Shown piece by piece: positions 1 to 12,324 of a DNA stretch of 64,000 nt; the stretch's first letter is position 1; every line of letters begins with the position of its first letter. Position numbers and translations under genes: made by a program. Origin of the DNA: an uncultured delta proteobacterium (GTDB taxonomy: Bacteria > Myxococcota_A > Polyangia > Polyangiales > Polyangiaceae); assembly GCA_963850305.1 (NCBI GenBank), contig CAWKKR010000008.1, positions 1,600,001 through 1,664,000 on the forward strand, in the 5' to 3' direction. The notes under the pieces were generated by a model that had not been told where the DNA came from, made no database searches, and saw nothing but the letters and a program-made list of their open reading frames with translations.

Positions 1-1161
1 CACCTCGGCTCGTTGCCGGCGTTCTACACGTCGGTCGAGCTCTTCCAGGCGAACGACGCGCTCACGGTCGCCGAGCTGCGCGAGCGCGTGCGGAAGCGTG
101 AACGGAACGAGAGCGAGCTCGCGCTGGACCCGGAGTTCTTCCGGGCCTGGGCGCGCCGTTTCGGCCGGTTCGCGGACGTGCAGCTCAAGCGCGGCGCGTC
201 CGGGAACGAGATGACGCGCTTCCGCTACGACGTCGTGCTGCGCGCGACCGCGCCGGCGAAGGGCGCCGTTCGGGACGTCTCCGCGACGAGCTTCGACGGC
301 GCGCGTTCCCACCTCGAATCGAATGGGAGCACCACTTGCTTCCGCGACATCCCGAACGCACGGCTGGTCCGGGAGTTTGCAGCCGTGAACGTGCTCGCCG
401 CCGCGTCCGAATCCGCCACGGTCGCGAGCGTGCGCGCGTCGCTCGCCGGGGCCACCGCGGGGAACGAGCCCGAGCCGTTCTGGTCGCTGGGACCGTCGGC
501 GCGCGTCGAGTTCGCCGCGTCGGGCAAGCTCGACCATTTCGACGTCCATGTCGCGCCGATGATGGACGCGCCCGAGGACGTCGGAGCGGCCGCCGAGACT
601 CTGCGGTCCGAGCCGGCGGATTTCTCCGCCTTCGCGAATAGGCCGCGTGCGCGGAGCCCGGGTACCGTGGGCGTCGCGGCGCTTCGCGAGCATGCGCGCG
701 CGTCGTTGCCCGACTACATGGTGCCGTCCGCGTTCGTCGCGCTCGACCGGCTGCCGCTCACGCCGAACGGCAAGCTCGACCGAAAGGCGCTCCCCGAACC
801 GCGCGCGGAACGCGAAGCCGCCCCGCGCGCCTGCGTCGCGCCGGAGAACGACATCGAGGAGCTGATCCTGAGCGTCTGGCAAGAGCTCCTGAACGTCGAC
901 CAGCTCGGCGCGACGGAAAACTTCTTCGACCTCGGTGCGAACTCGCTCCTCATGGTGCAGGCGAACGCGCAGCTCAAGCTCCGGCTGGGCCGCAAAGTCT
1001 CGCTCCTCGACATGTTCCGCTTCTCCAGTGCGAAGGCGCTCGCCGCGCACCTCGGCCGGGGCTCCAGCATCGAGATGCCGGCTCCGGGTGACGGTCGCGC
1101 GCAGGCGCGAAGGGACGCGCTGAGCCGGCAGCGAGAGTTACGGGCGGCGCGAGTGCGGTGA
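1..1161 (+). CDS. NRPS C-terminal fragment (methyltransferase-like insert, adenylation C-subdomain, peptidyl carrier protein); 5' end outside window
   Basis: NEMTRFRYDV (methyltransferase-interrupted A domains), LPDYMVPS..LPLTPNGKLDRKAL (A9/A10), FFDLGANSLL (phosphopantetheine Ser); no thioesterase. Confidence 0.9.
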   Translation, partial: HLGSLPAFYTSVELFQANDALTVAELRERVRKRERNESELALDPEFFRAWARRFGRFADVQLKRGASGNEMTRFRYDVVLRATAPAKGAVRDVSATSFDGARSHLESNGSTTCFRDIPNARLVREFAAVNVLAAASESATVASVRASLAGATAGNEPEPFWSLGPSARVEFAASGKLDHFDVHVAPMMDAPEDVGAAAETLRSEPADFSAFANRPRARSPGTVGVAALREHARASLPDYMVPSAFVALDRLPLTPNGKLDRKALPEPRAEREAAPRACVAPENDIEELILSVWQELLNVDQLGATENFFDLGANSLLMVQANAQLKLRLGRKVSLLDMFRFSSAKALAAHLGRGSSIEMPAPGDGRAQARRDALSRQRELRAARVR

Positions 1162-1178
1162 CGGAAGCGTCCGGGCTA

Positions 1179-2990
1179 TCACGCCAGTTCCCGCGGCTCC
1201 GGCGCTTCCACGGGTTCGTCGGGCTCCGTCACGATCTCGTAGTGCGCTTTGCCGGCGGGGATCATGGGGTACACGTTGGCTTCCTTGCTGACGATGACGT
1301 CCATGACGACGGTGCCCTTCGTGGAAAGGCCCTTCTCGAGCACGGCGCGGATCTCGCTGGGCTTCTCGGCGCGAAGGCCCGTCGCGCCGTACGCTTCGGC
1401 GATCTTCACGAAGTCGGGGAAGTACTTCATGCCGACCTCGGAGTAGCGGCGGGAGTAAAAGAGTTCCTGCCACTGGCGGACCATGCCGAGGAAGTTGTTG
1501 TTGAGGATGATGACCTTGACGCTCAGTCCTTCGTGCACGCAGGTCGCGAGCTCCTGGATGCACATCTGGAAGGAGCCGTCGCCCGAGACGCAGAGGACGG
1601 GTTCGCCGGGGTTGCCCATGGCGGCGCCCATCGCCGCGGGTAGGCCATAGCCCATCGTTCCGAGGCCGCCGGAGGTGAGCCACTTGCGCGGATCGTCCGC
1701 GGGGTAGTACTGCGCGGCCCACATCTGATGCTGGCCGACGTCGGTCGAGCAGATGTAGCGACCCTTGGTGAGGTCGGCGAGCTCCATCAGCACGCGCTGC
1801 GGCATGATGACGTCGGTCTTGTCGTGGAACTTGAGCGGGAAGAGCCGTTGCCACTCGCGGAGCTGCGCCCACCACGCGCTGCGCGCCGGTGCGGCGGCCG
1901 CGGGCAGGGCGTCGATGAGCTGGCGCGTGACGGTCTTCGCGTCACCGACGATCGGGAGATCGACCTTGATGCTCTTGTTCACGCTCGAAGGATCGATATC
2001 GACGTGGATCTTCTTTGCCTTGAGCGCGAAAGAATCCGGCCTGCCCGTGACGCGATCGTCGAAGCGCGCGCCGATGTTCACGATGAGCTCGGCTTCCGCC
2101 ATCGCCATGTTCGCGGTGTAGGTGCCGTGCATGCCGAGCATGCCGAGGTACTGCGGGTGCCCGGGTGGGAACGAGCCGAGCGCCATGAGCGTCGGCGTGA
2201 CGGGTAGATTCAAGCGCTCGGCGAGCTCGAGGATCTCGGGTGCCGCGCCCGCGTTGACGACGCCGCCGCCGATATAGAGCACGACCTTGTCCGTCTTCGT
2301 GATGAGGTCGACGGCCTTCTTCACCTGGAGCGGGTGGCCCTTGACGGTCGGCTTGTACGACGGAATATCGACGCTCTCGGGCCAGACGAAGGGGTACTCG
2401 TTCCACGTCACGTCCTTCGGGATGTCGACGAGCACCGGTCCCGGTCGACCCGTGCGCGCGACGTAGAATGCTTCCTTCAGGGTCGCTGCGAGGTCCTTGA
2501 CGTCCTTGACGAGGTAATTGTACTTCGTGCACGGCCGCGTGATGCCGACTATGTCGGCTTCCTGGAACGCGTCGTTGCCGATGCTGCTCGTCGCGACCTG
2601 CCCGGTAATGGCGACCAGCGGCGTCGAGTCCATCATCGCGTTCGCGAGGCCCGTGACGAGGTTCGTCGCGCCGGGCCCGCTCGTCGCCATGCAGACGCCG
2701 ACCTTGCCCGTGGAGCGCGCATAACCTTCCGCAGCGTGAGCCGCGCCCTGCTCGTGACGGACGAGGATGTGGTTGATGCGATCTTTGGCTTTATGGAGCT
2801 CGTCGTACACGTGGAGGATCGCGCCGCCGGGGTACCCGAAGATGATGTCGACGCCTTCCTTGACGAGGGACTCCACGACGATACGCGCGCCGCGCATGGT
2901 CTCACCCACCGGCGTGACCGACGGCCGCTCGAGACGTGTCGTGCCGCTTGCAGGTTTTTCGGCTGGCCTCGGCCCAGTGGCGCCGCTCAT
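1179..2990 (-). CDS. ilvB: Acetolactate synthase large subunit
   Basis: IFGYPGGA, RHEQGA, TSGPGATN, GDGSFQM..NN ThDP motif; start chosen at the ATGA overlap with the leuB stop. Confidence 0.95.
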   Translation of the reverse strand: MSGATGPRPAEKPASGTTRLERPSVTPVGETMRGARIVVESLVKEGVDIIFGYPGGAILHVYDELHKAKDRINHILVRHEQGAAHAAEGYARSTGKVGVCMATSGPGATNLVTGLANAMMDSTPLVAITGQVATSSIGNDAFQEADIVGITRPCTKYNYLVKDVKDLAATLKEAFYVARTGRPGPVLVDIPKDVTWNEYPFVWPESVDIPSYKPTVKGHPLQVKKAVDLITKTDKVVLYIGGGVVNAGAAPEILELAERLNLPVTPTLMALGSFPPGHPQYLGMLGMHGTYTANMAMAEAELIVNIGARFDDRVTGRPDSFALKAKKIHVDIDPSSVNKSIKVDLPIVGDAKTVTRQLIDALPAAAAPARSAWWAQLREWQRLFPLKFHDKTDVIMPQRVLMELADLTKGRYICSTDVGQHQMWAAQYYPADDPRKWLTSGGLGTMGYGLPAAMGAAMGNPGEPVLCVSGDGSFQMCIQELATCVHEGLSVKVIILNNNFLGMVRQWQELFYSRRYSEVGMKYFPDFVKIAEAYGATGLRAEKPSEIRAVLEKGLSTKGTVVMDVIVSKEANVYPMIPAGKAHYEIVTEPDEPVEAPEPRELA

Positions 2991-4078
2991 TGCGCTTCGA
3001 ATGCTCGACATACGTGGTCTCCCATTTCGTTCGTCTCCACCTGCCCCCCGAGATCCGCGGTCCGATGTCCGCTTGCCAGCACCAGATCGATCGCGCGCTC
3101 GACGCGCTCGGCTTCGTTCTCCATCCCGAGCGAGGAGCGGAGCATCATCGCGACGGAGGCGATCGTGCCGAGCGGGTTCGCGATACCCTTGCCGGCGATG
3201 TCGGGAGCGGAGCCGTGGATGGGCTCGTACAGACCCGCTCCGTCGCCGAGACTCGCGCTCGGCAAGAGCCCGATGGAGCCGGCGAGCACTGCGGCCTCGT
3301 CCGTCAGGATGTCGCCGAAGAGGTTTCCCGTGACGACGACGTCGAAGCGCGTCGGCTTCTTGATGAGGTCCATCGCGCAAGAGTCCACGAACTGATGCTC
3401 GAGCGTCACGTCGGGATATTCCCTGGCAAGCTCGTTCACGGTCCGCCTCCACAGCTGCGACGCTTCGAGCACGTTCGCCTTGTCCACGGACATGACCCTC
3501 TTCTTCCGGCCGCGGGCGATCTCGAACGCAACCTTCGCGACGCGCCGGACCTCTTCCACGCTGTACGTCATCGTGTTGAACGCGCGCTGTCCGTCCGGGT
3601 CGAAGCCGCGCGGCTCGCCGAAGTAGACGTCACCGAGCAGCTCGCGCACGACCACCATGTCCGTGCCGCGGACGATCTCTTCCTTCAGAGGCGACGCTCC
3701 GACCAGTGAGGGGACCGCGCGCACCGGACGGAGATTCGCGTAGACGCCGAGCATCTTTCGCAGATCGAGCAACCCCTTTTCCGGACGCCGATCGCCGGGC
3801 ACGCCGTCGTACTTCGGCAAGCCGACCGCGCCGAGCAGCACGGCGTGAGCCGTCTTCAGTGCCTCGCGTGTCTCGTCGGGGAGAGCGGGCTTTCCGGCGT
3901 CGAGCGCGCAGCCGCCAATCTGAGCTTCGACCATCTCGAAACGACGCCCCGCGTGATTGAATGCGAGCTCGAGCACGCGCGCTCCTTCACGGCACACCTC
4001 GGGCCCGATGCCGTCACCCGGGAGCGTTACGATCCGTGGGATCTCCGCGGTTGCGCCCGCGGGCTTCGTGGTGCTCAT
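2987..4078 (-). CDS. leuB: 3-isopropylmalate dehydrogenase
   Basis: LPGDGIGPEV, DKANVL, NLFGDILTD, EPIHGSAPDIAGKGIANP. Confidence 0.97.
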   Translation of the reverse strand: MSTTKPAGATAEIPRIVTLPGDGIGPEVCREGARVLELAFNHAGRRFEMVEAQIGGCALDAGKPALPDETREALKTAHAVLLGAVGLPKYDGVPGDRRPEKGLLDLRKMLGVYANLRPVRAVPSLVGASPLKEEIVRGTDMVVVRELLGDVYFGEPRGFDPDGQRAFNTMTYSVEEVRRVAKVAFEIARGRKKRVMSVDKANVLEASQLWRRTVNELAREYPDVTLEHQFVDSCAMDLIKKPTRFDVVVTGNLFGDILTDEAAVLAGSIGLLPSASLGDGAGLYEPIHGSAPDIAGKGIANPLGTIASVAMMLRSSLGMENEAERVERAIDLVLASGHRTADLGGQVETNEMGDHVCRAFEAQ

Positions 4079-5661
4079 GGACTGCTTTCTTCTTGGGGCT
4101 GCCGCAGGTTGGGCGCGCGGCTCGTCACTTCAACGGACTGCGGTGGTTGAACGGTTTCGGTCACCGAGAGAAACTTGTTGATGGCCGAGAGGTACGCAAG
4201 AACGCTCGCCTCGACGATGTCGGTGTTCACGGCCCGGCCGGTGAACTCCTTGCCCCCGATCGCGACACGCAGTGCGACTTCGCCGAGCGCGTCTCGGCCC
4301 TCGCCCACGGCGCGGATCTCGAAATTCACGACCCGTCCCGGGTAACCGGTGATCTGATCGATCGCGATGCAGGAGGCCTCGACCGGGCCGTCGCCGAGGG
4401 CGGCCGCCGCGTAGGTGCGTCCCTCACGCTTGAGCTGCACGGTCGCAGAGGCGGGCTTCACGGAGCCTGTCATGGCTTGCACGAGGTTCAGTTCATAGGG
4501 CGGTGCAGCCTGGGGACGACCGTCCAGTGCGAGCTCGATCAAGGCATCGTCGTCGAGCGGCTGTCCGCTCTCGCACGCCTTGAGGAAGCGATCGTAGATG
4601 TGGTTGAGCGACGCGCCTCCCAGGGGATAGCCGAGCTCCGCGAGGCGCGAGCCGAGCGCTTTCCGCCCGGAATGACGCCCGAGGACGATCTGAGTCGGAG
4701 GCGCGCCGACCGACTCCGGCGTCATGATCTCGTAGGTGCGCCGATCCTTGAGCATCCCCTGCTGATGCACACCAGCTTCGTGGGCGAACGCGTTCCGTCC
4801 AACGATGGCCTTGTTTCGTTGTACGGCGCAGCCGGTGAGCGCGGACAGGATCTGGCTGGTCGCGTAGATCTGCTCGGTGACGATGCCCGTCTCGAACGGC
4901 AGCACGTCACTCCGCACGCGAAGCGCCATCGTGAGCTCCTCGAGGGACGCGTTGCCCGCACGTTCCCCGATGCCATTGATGGTGCACTCGACCTGACGAG
5001 CGCCGCCCTCGATCGCGGCGAGCGAGTTGGCCACGGCGAGCCCCAGATCGTTGTGGCAATGCGTCGAGAGGACGACCTTGTCGATGCCGCGGATCTTCGA
5101 CTTCAGCAACTGAAACCGCGCCTTGTACTCGGACGGCACCGTGTACCCGACGGTGTCCGGGATGTTCACGACGTGGACGCCTTCGTCCACGACCGCCTGG
5201 ATCGTCCGCAGGAGAAAGTCTTCCCGCGTACGCGTGGCGTCCTCCGGGCTGAACTCGACCTCGCCAAAGAGCTTCCTGGCAAGGCGCGCCGAGCGCACCA
5301 TGAGGTCGAGCGCCTGGTCTTCGTTCAAGCCGGTCTTCGCGTCGAGGTGAAGCTGGCTCGTGCCGAAGAAGATGTGCAGGCGTGCATGCGCTGCCGGCTC
5401 CAGCGCGCGCGCGCACGCTTCGATGTCCGCGTCGACGCATCGGGCGAGTGCCGCGATCGTCGGTCGACGCACTTCCCGGCAAATGGCGCGGACGCCCTCG
5501 AGGTCTTCCTCGCTCGCGGCGGGAAATCCGGCTTCGATGACGTCGACGCCGAGCTTGTCGAGCTGTCGAGCGAGCACGAGCTTCTGTGCCGCGGTCATCC
5601 CGTAGCCCGGCGACTGCTCGCCGTCTCTCAGGGTCGTGTCGAAGATTCGAATCCGCTCCAT
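4075..5661 (-). CDS. leuA: 2-isopropylmalate synthase
   Basis: IFDTTLRDGEQSPG, HCHNDLGLA, GIGERAGN, C-terminal regulatory domain (GDGPVEA). Confidence 0.96.
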   Translation of the reverse strand: MERIRIFDTTLRDGEQSPGYGMTAAQKLVLARQLDKLGVDVIEAGFPAASEEDLEGVRAICREVRRPTIAALARCVDADIEACARALEPAAHARLHIFFGTSQLHLDAKTGLNEDQALDLMVRSARLARKLFGEVEFSPEDATRTREDFLLRTIQAVVDEGVHVVNIPDTVGYTVPSEYKARFQLLKSKIRGIDKVVLSTHCHNDLGLAVANSLAAIEGGARQVECTINGIGERAGNASLEELTMALRVRSDVLPFETGIVTEQIYATSQILSALTGCAVQRNKAIVGRNAFAHEAGVHQQGMLKDRRTYEIMTPESVGAPPTQIVLGRHSGRKALGSRLAELGYPLGGASLNHIYDRFLKACESGQPLDDDALIELALDGRPQAAPPYELNLVQAMTGSVKPASATVQLKREGRTYAAAALGDGPVEASCIAIDQITGYPGRVVNFEIRAVGEGRDALGEVALRVAIGGKEFTGRAVNTDIVEASVLAYLSAINKFLSVTETVQPPQSVEVTSRAPNLRQPQEESSP

Positions 5662-5969
5662 GGTTCCTCGTGTCGCCTTGAGCTTCTGGGCCGTGTGGGT
5701 GCGCCGCTGGCACTTCCGGCGCCGACCGCGGCTCCGAGCGCTCGATCCGCCTTCGCGCCTTCGCTCCGGCGTGCAAGCCTGCCGCAAAATTGCCGCGGGA
5801 ACGCGGCCCAGGCGATGCGGTTCTATGGTAGCGGCGCGGCGTTCCGGCAAGCAAGTCCGCGGTAGAACCAGTTCGAGTGATCCCCTGCCTCGTTCTGCTC
5901 GCACGTTCAGGAGTAACGGGACGATCCTGCTGCAACCGTGGGGGCAAGCCGGACGTAACCTTGGGTCGG

Positions 5970-6389
5970 ATGCCGCGAACGCTCTTCCTGCTGGCGGCGG
6001 GCCTCGTGTTTGCCGGATGCTCGACGAAGCTCGAGTCGGGCTCGCCGGTGACCGATGCGGGTGACGAAGATCGCCACGCGCCGTGGGCGGCGGGGACCCT
6101 GACACAAGGGCTATGCACCAGCTTTCCCTCGACGTGTCAGGCTTCTGCTCCCGACTACGCGACCGTGGTGGTGCCCATCTTGAACGCGAAGTGCAACGGC
6201 TGCCACAGCGGAGTCGACGGCGGGCCCTGGCCGCTCACGAACTTCGAGGATGTAGAGCACTGGCAGGACGTGCTCGTGGCCGAGCTCGCGAACTGCGGGA
6301 TGCCGCCCGCCGATGCCGGGCCCACGCTCTCGGACGACGAGCGGGCGACGCTCCTCTCCTGGCTAGCTTGCGTGCCATTCGAGCCGTGA
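5970..6389 (+). CDS. Putative lipoprotein with one c-type haem motif
   Basis: Lipobox-like LVFAGC, CNGCH, distal MPP and LSDDERATLLSW helix. Confidence 0.7.
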   Translation: MPRTLFLLAAGLVFAGCSTKLESGSPVTDAGDEDRHAPWAAGTLTQGLCTSFPSTCQASAPDYATVVVPILNAKCNGCHSGVDGGPWPLTNFEDVEHWQDVLVAELANCGMPPADAGPTLSDDERATLLSWLACVPFEP

Positions 6390-6414
6390 GCCGGAAATAA
6401 GCTTTGCGCAGTAG

Positions 6415-6431
6415 TTAACCTCGGTTAATAT
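6415..6431 (+). promoter_or_regulatory. Palindrome TTAACC-tc-GGTTAA overlapping a TAATAT -10-like box; candidate MarR operator
   Basis: Perfect 6-bp inverted repeat in an AT-rich patch about 10 bp before the marR start. Confidence 0.55.
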
Positions 6432-6437
6432 AAGAAG

Positions 6438-6926
6438 GTGACCGCGCGGGCGCTTGCCAACGACAAACCCGACGTCGCCGGGGTGCACGCGGCGATCGAG
6501 TGTCTCGGCCGGCTATCGGAGCTGTATCGGCAGCGGCGCGAGCAGCTCGCCGCGAGCGTCGGGCTCACGGACACGGAGTGGGGCGTGCTCGAGGAGATCG
6601 CCACGGAGCATTTCATGCCGAGCTTCTTCGCGCGCAAGAGGGAGAGCTCCGCGGCGGCCGTGTCGAAGATCCTCCGACAGGTGATGGACAAGGGCCTCGT
6701 CGTCGCGACGATCGCGAAGGACGATGCGCGTCAGCGTAAGTACGCGCTGACGTCGAAGGGGAAGAGGCTGATGGCGCGCCTGCGCGAGAGCCGCGAGGAC
6801 GCGATACGCGAAGTGTGGCTGACGCTCGGCGCCGCGAGAATGCGCGCGTTCACGGATTTCGGAACCGAGCTGATCGGACGCCTGGAGAGTTACGCTGCGG
6901 CTGCGGATATTTCGAAGGATCGGTGA
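6438..6926 (+). CDS. MarR-family transcriptional regulator
   Basis: [35 protein letters not shown] winged-helix pattern. Confidence 0.85.
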   Translation: MTARALANDKPDVAGVHAAIECLGRLSELYRQRREQLAASVGLTDTEWGVLEEIATEHFMPSFFARKRESSAAAVSKILRQVMDKGLVVATIAKDDARQRKYALTSKGKRLMARLRESREDAIREVWLTLGAARMRAFTDFGTELIGRLESYAAAADISKDR

Positions 6927-6931
6927 AGAAC

Positions 6932-8361
<1,430 letters not shown>

Positions 8362-8365
<4 letters not shown>

Positions 8366-8976
8366 ACTCTTCCAAACGTATTCGCCTGGCCGGTCCCGGC
8401 ATTGCCGTGCGCGGGAACGACATCGACACGGATCGCATCATCCCGGCGCGCTTCCTCAAGACCGTCGTGTTCGACGGGCTCGGGGAGCACACGTTCGAGG
8501 ACGATCGCGCGCAGCTCCGCGACGCGGGGAAGACGCATCCGTTCGACGATGCGCGATTTTCGTCGGCGCGGGTGCTCCTCGTGAACGAGAATTTCGGTTG
8601 CGGTTCCTCGCGCGAGCACGCGCCGCAGGCGATTCTCCGATGGGGCAAGGGGATCCAGGTGATCGTGGGCCAATCCTTTGCCGAGATCTTTCACGGCAAC
8701 TGCGTCGCGCTCGGTATCCCGTGCGTCGTGGTGGACGCGCCGACCATCGCCGCATTGATGGACGCGGTGGAGGCGAGTCCATCGGTCGAGGTCGCCGTCG
8801 ACCTGTCGACGAAGACGGTCGCGGCTGGCGACAAGACGTTCGCGTTCTCGATGCCCGAAGGACCCCGCCAGCAATTCCTCGAAGGGCGCTGGGACGGCGT
8901 GGGGGAGCTCCTCGCCATGAAGGACGCGATCCGGGAGACCGCCGGGCGCGTGCCGTACTTCGACGACTTCGCCTGA
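8362..8976 (+). CDS. leuD: 3-isopropylmalate dehydratase small subunit
   Basis: [35 protein letters not shown] overlap with leuC. Confidence 0.97.
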
Positions 8977-9015
8977 ATCTCGAACTCCGGACGAAGGCTC
9001 GACTCTTCGGCGGAG

Positions 9016-10230
9016 TCAGTGAAACTTCGCGAGCCGCACGACGGCCCAGACGAAGCCGAGTGCGGCGCCGAGCGAGCGACCGAACCCGGGCGCGACGGCG
9101 GCGAGGAGCACGCGGAGAAACGGGTTCGCGCGGACGCTTCTCGGCGTGAGGATATCGTCACGGAGCTTCGCGCCGTCCTCGGGGGAGGGGGGGCGGAGTC
9201 CGAACTGGACGGTGCCCGCGATGCGGCCGATGTCCACGAACGGGAGCACGAGCGTGAAGGGCGCCAGTACACCCGCAAGGAGCGACGTCCACAAAGTCGC
9301 ACCGACCAACCAACCCAGAATGAACGCTCCAGCGGCGGATGGAACGGCGCAGGGCGCAAGCAGGGACACGAGCCGAAGCGCGCCCGCTCCTTTGAAGGCG
9401 CCGAGCGCGACGAGAGCCGCGACCAGCACCGGCGGGATGAACGACGACGCGCGTGACGATAGAGAACGTTCCGGGACGACGGACAGGGCCGCGCGATCGG
9501 CGTTCGAACCCAGGTGCCGTGTCATGCCCGGCACGTGAGCAGCACCGACGATCGCGACGATGCGTCTCCCGGCCGCGTTCTCGACGGAGGCCATGAGATA
9601 GCGATCGCGCTCCGTGATGAGCGGCGTCTCGAGCGCGGGCATCTCGCGCGCGAAGGTCGTCATCGCGTCCGTCATCGTCTCGCGCTCTTTGAGCTTCTCG
9701 ACCTGGGCTTCATCGATGTCCGATGCCGCGAAGGGAAGCATGACGAGCACGAAGAGAACCTTGGCGCGGTCGAGCAGGCCGAGGCTCCGGTAGCAGCGCA
9801 TGAGCGTCGCCTGGACGTCGCGATCGGCGAGCACGACCTGTGCGCCGATGCGACGTGCTTCGTCCACCGCAGCGAGCATCTCCTCGCCTGGCCGGACGCC
9901 GAGGCGATCGCCGAGACGCTTTTGAAAGCCGGAGAAGAGCAAGCTCGAGAGGAAGAGCCCCGCGCGATCACCCCGCACGATCGCCAGCGCGTCGAGGAGG
10001 CGCCAGCGGCCTTCGTCGGCGAGGGTCTGCAAGCGCGGCTCGTCCAGCTCGACGCACACCGTGTCCGGACGGAGCTCGTCGATGACGCGACGGACCTCGT
10101 CCACGCTCTTCCTCGAGACGTGCGCGGTGCCGACGAGGAAGAACTCGCGCCCCGCGTGCTCCAGCCGCGTGACGTGCCCGGTCGTTTCGTCGGACGCGGC
10201 CGGTCGCGCGCCGGGGGTGTCGCCTTCCAT
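9016..10230 (-). CDS. TraB/GumN (pheromone-shutdown-like) family protein with C-terminal membrane region
   Basis: LVGTAHVS, VCVELDEPR, ERDRYLM, VGAAHVPGM. Confidence 0.85.
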   Translation of the reverse strand: MEGDTPGARPAASDETTGHVTRLEHAGREFFLVGTAHVSRKSVDEVRRVIDELRPDTVCVELDEPRLQTLADEGRWRLLDALAIVRGDRAGLFLSSLLFSGFQKRLGDRLGVRPGEEMLAAVDEARRIGAQVVLADRDVQATLMRCYRSLGLLDRAKVLFVLVMLPFAASDIDEAQVEKLKERETMTDAMTTFAREMPALETPLITERDRYLMASVENAAGRRIVAIVGAAHVPGMTRHLGSNADRAALSVVPERSLSSRASSFIPPVLVAALVALGAFKGAGALRLVSLLAPCAVPSAAGAFILGWLVGATLWTSLLAGVLAPFTLVLPFVDIGRIAGTVQFGLRPPSPEDGAKLRDDILTPRSVRANPFLRVLLAAVAPGFGRSLGAALGFVWAVVRLAKFH

Positions 10231-10260
10231 GGGGAAAGGACAGTATAGGTTCTCGTCGCC

Positions 10261-11421
10261 TTGGTGTTATCCGATCGAAGTCGCGTCGTGTCGCATCCGA
10301 ACGTGCTCGCGTCGGCGCTCGCGTCGCGCCGCGAGGCGGGACGCACTCACCTCGATCTCACGATCTCGAATCCGACGCGCGCCGCAGTCGCGTACGACGC
10401 GCCGCGGATCGTTCGCGAAATGTGCACGGCGGAGGCCCTGGTCTACGAACCCGAGCCGTTCGGGCTCGCGTCGGCACGGAACGCCGTCGCGGCGCTTGCC
10501 ACGAAGAATGGCGTCTACGTCGAGGCCGACCGAGTCGTTCTGACGGCGAGCACGAGCGAGGCGTACGCATTCCTGTTCAAGCTCCTGTGCGACCCGGGCG
10601 ATGCGGTGCTCGTCCCGGAGCCGAGCTATCCGTTGTTCGAGCACCTTGCGCGCTACGAGGGCGTGCGCGCGACGACGTACCCGCTCCGGTACGACGGCGC
10701 ATGGCACCTCGACGTGGCCGAGCTCCGAGCGCGCGTCGGCTCGAACACGCGGGCAGTCGTGGTCGTCAGTCCGAACAATCCGACGGGCTCCTTTCTCAAG
10801 CGGGACGAGCTCGGCGCGCTCGCGGAGCTGGGCCTTCCGATCGTGTCGGACGAAGTGTTCGCGCCGTACGCGTTCGGCGAGGATGCCCGACGCGTCGCGA
10901 CCGCCCTGGAAGCTCGCGATACGCTGGTGTTCGCGCTGGACGGATTGTCGAAGCGGGCCGCGTTACCGCAGTTGAAACTGTCGTGGATCACCGTGGGAGG
11001 CCCTCCTGCGCTGGCCGGCGTCGCGCTCGACGGCCTCGCGCACCTCGCGGACACGTACCTGTCCCCGGGCGGCCCGGTCCAGCACGCGCTGCCCGCCTTG
11101 CTGGCACTCGGTGAAGAGCCGCAGGCGGCCATCCGCGAGCGCACCTTCGCGAACCACGCGACCCTCGTCGCGCGAAGTCGGGGAACTTCAATCACGCCGT
11201 TCCACGTGGAAGGGGGCTGGTACGCCGCCGCCCGGCTTCCGGCGGTGAAGACCGAAGAGGAATGGGTTCTCGGGCTCCTCGACGCCTGCGACGTGCTCGT
11301 GCAACCGGGTTGGTTTTACGACTTCGCGGACGAGCCGGTCGTGGTCCTGAGTTTGCTCACGCCGGGGGCGGACTTCGACGCCGGGCTCGAGCGCATGGCG
11401 GAATACGTCGAGGGAGGGTGA
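10261..11421 (+). CDS. PLP-dependent aminotransferase class I/II
   Basis: SPNNPTG, SDEVF, GLSK (PLP lysine). Confidence 0.9.
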   Translation: MVLSDRSRVVSHPNVLASALASRREAGRTHLDLTISNPTRAAVAYDAPRIVREMCTAEALVYEPEPFGLASARNAVAALATKNGVYVEADRVVLTASTSEAYAFLFKLLCDPGDAVLVPEPSYPLFEHLARYEGVRATTYPLRYDGAWHLDVAELRARVGSNTRAVVVVSPNNPTGSFLKRDELGALAELGLPIVSDEVFAPYAFGEDARRVATALEARDTLVFALDGLSKRAALPQLKLSWITVGGPPALAGVALDGLAHLADTYLSPGGPVQHALPALLALGEEPQAAIRERTFANHATLVARSRGTSITPFHVEGGWYAAARLPAVKTEEEWVLGLLDACDVLVQPGWFYDFADEPVVVLSLLTPGADFDAGLERMAEYVEGG

Positions 11422-11461
11422 ATCCGTCTCAGCGGCGCCGGTGAGCCCGGTGCCCCAAACG

Positions 11462-12250
11462 CTACCCGCGCCGCGCGCCGCGCCTTCGACGGACCATCTG
11501 GGCTCCCAGCGCGAGAGCGAAGAGGCCCGCATCCAGTCCGCCTTCGCGAGCGTCGTTCGCGCCGATCCGGCACCCGCAGCCCCCCTGCTTCGGCTGGACC
11601 TCCTCTTTCTTCTCATTGTCGGTCGGGCCGCCTTGCCAGTACGCGGGGTCGTCGGTGCTCAGCTCTTTCTTCGGCGGAGGCTGGTCCTGATCCTTCGTAT
11701 CCGAGTCGGTCTTGTCCTTCTTCTTCTCCCCCGTGAACACGACGGCGCGCCGGTCGATGACGTCGTTGTCGCCTTCGAAGACCACGCGCGTCGTTCCGCC
11801 GAGACTCGCGTCGGTACGGCCGTCCTTCACGACGACGTCGTATTCTCCGGCTTCGTAACCGTTCTTGCGCGTCACCTTGAAGGAAAAGCGGGTGCGCTTC
11901 TGGATCTGCCCGTTGCTCGGATCGAGAAATCCGACGTCGACGCTCTCGACCAGGGGCTGCTTGTTCTGGAGGGGTACGTTGCGCAGCTGCGGCCCGTCTT
12001 TGCCGTCGACCAGCGCGCGTTCGTAATAGACCACCGGGGTGAACGAGAACCGCATCGGCAACGTCGCTTCGTCCGGCGCGCGGTTCAAGAAAATCGAGAC
12101 GTCGATGGTCCAGCCGTGACTGTCGCTCTCCTTGAGAGACTTGGTCTTCCACTCCACGCGGCCGCCGGCGATGGCCGACCCGGCGAGCAAAAGCACGCCG
12201 AGGGAGAGAGCCGCGGTCAGAATGCGTCGCGCTGCACCGATCTTCGTCAT
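11462..12250 (-). CDS. Secreted protein with MYXO-CTERM-like sorting signal
   Basis: Signal peptide; C-terminal GGCGCR, hydrophobic segment, RRRR. Confidence 0.75.
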   Translation of the reverse strand: MTKIGAARRILTAALSLGVLLLAGSAIAGGRVEWKTKSLKESDSHGWTIDVSIFLNRAPDEATLPMRFSFTPVVYYERALVDGKDGPQLRNVPLQNKQPLVESVDVGFLDPSNGQIQKRTRFSFKVTRKNGYEAGEYDVVVKDGRTDASLGGTTRVVFEGDNDVIDRRAVVFTGEKKKDKTDSDTKDQDQPPPKKELSTDDPAYWQGGPTDNEKKEEVQPKQGGCGCRIGANDAREGGLDAGLFALALGAQMVRRRRGARRG

Positions 12251-12324
12251 AGTCGACCTCCGAGGCGTCGACCGTACACCTTCCCCCGCGGATTTCGCGA
12301 GCCGAGCGCACCGAAACCGTCGTT

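Noticed and set aside
1179..2990. ilvB as an NRPS self-resistance copy
   Set aside because: It is translationally coupled to leuB, and nothing in the window shows it is a duplicate
3961..5865. Long antisense ORFs (also 36191-37876, 42648-44447, 58184-59671)
   Set aside because: Shadow frames expected at high GC opposite well-supported genes; no recognisable motifs
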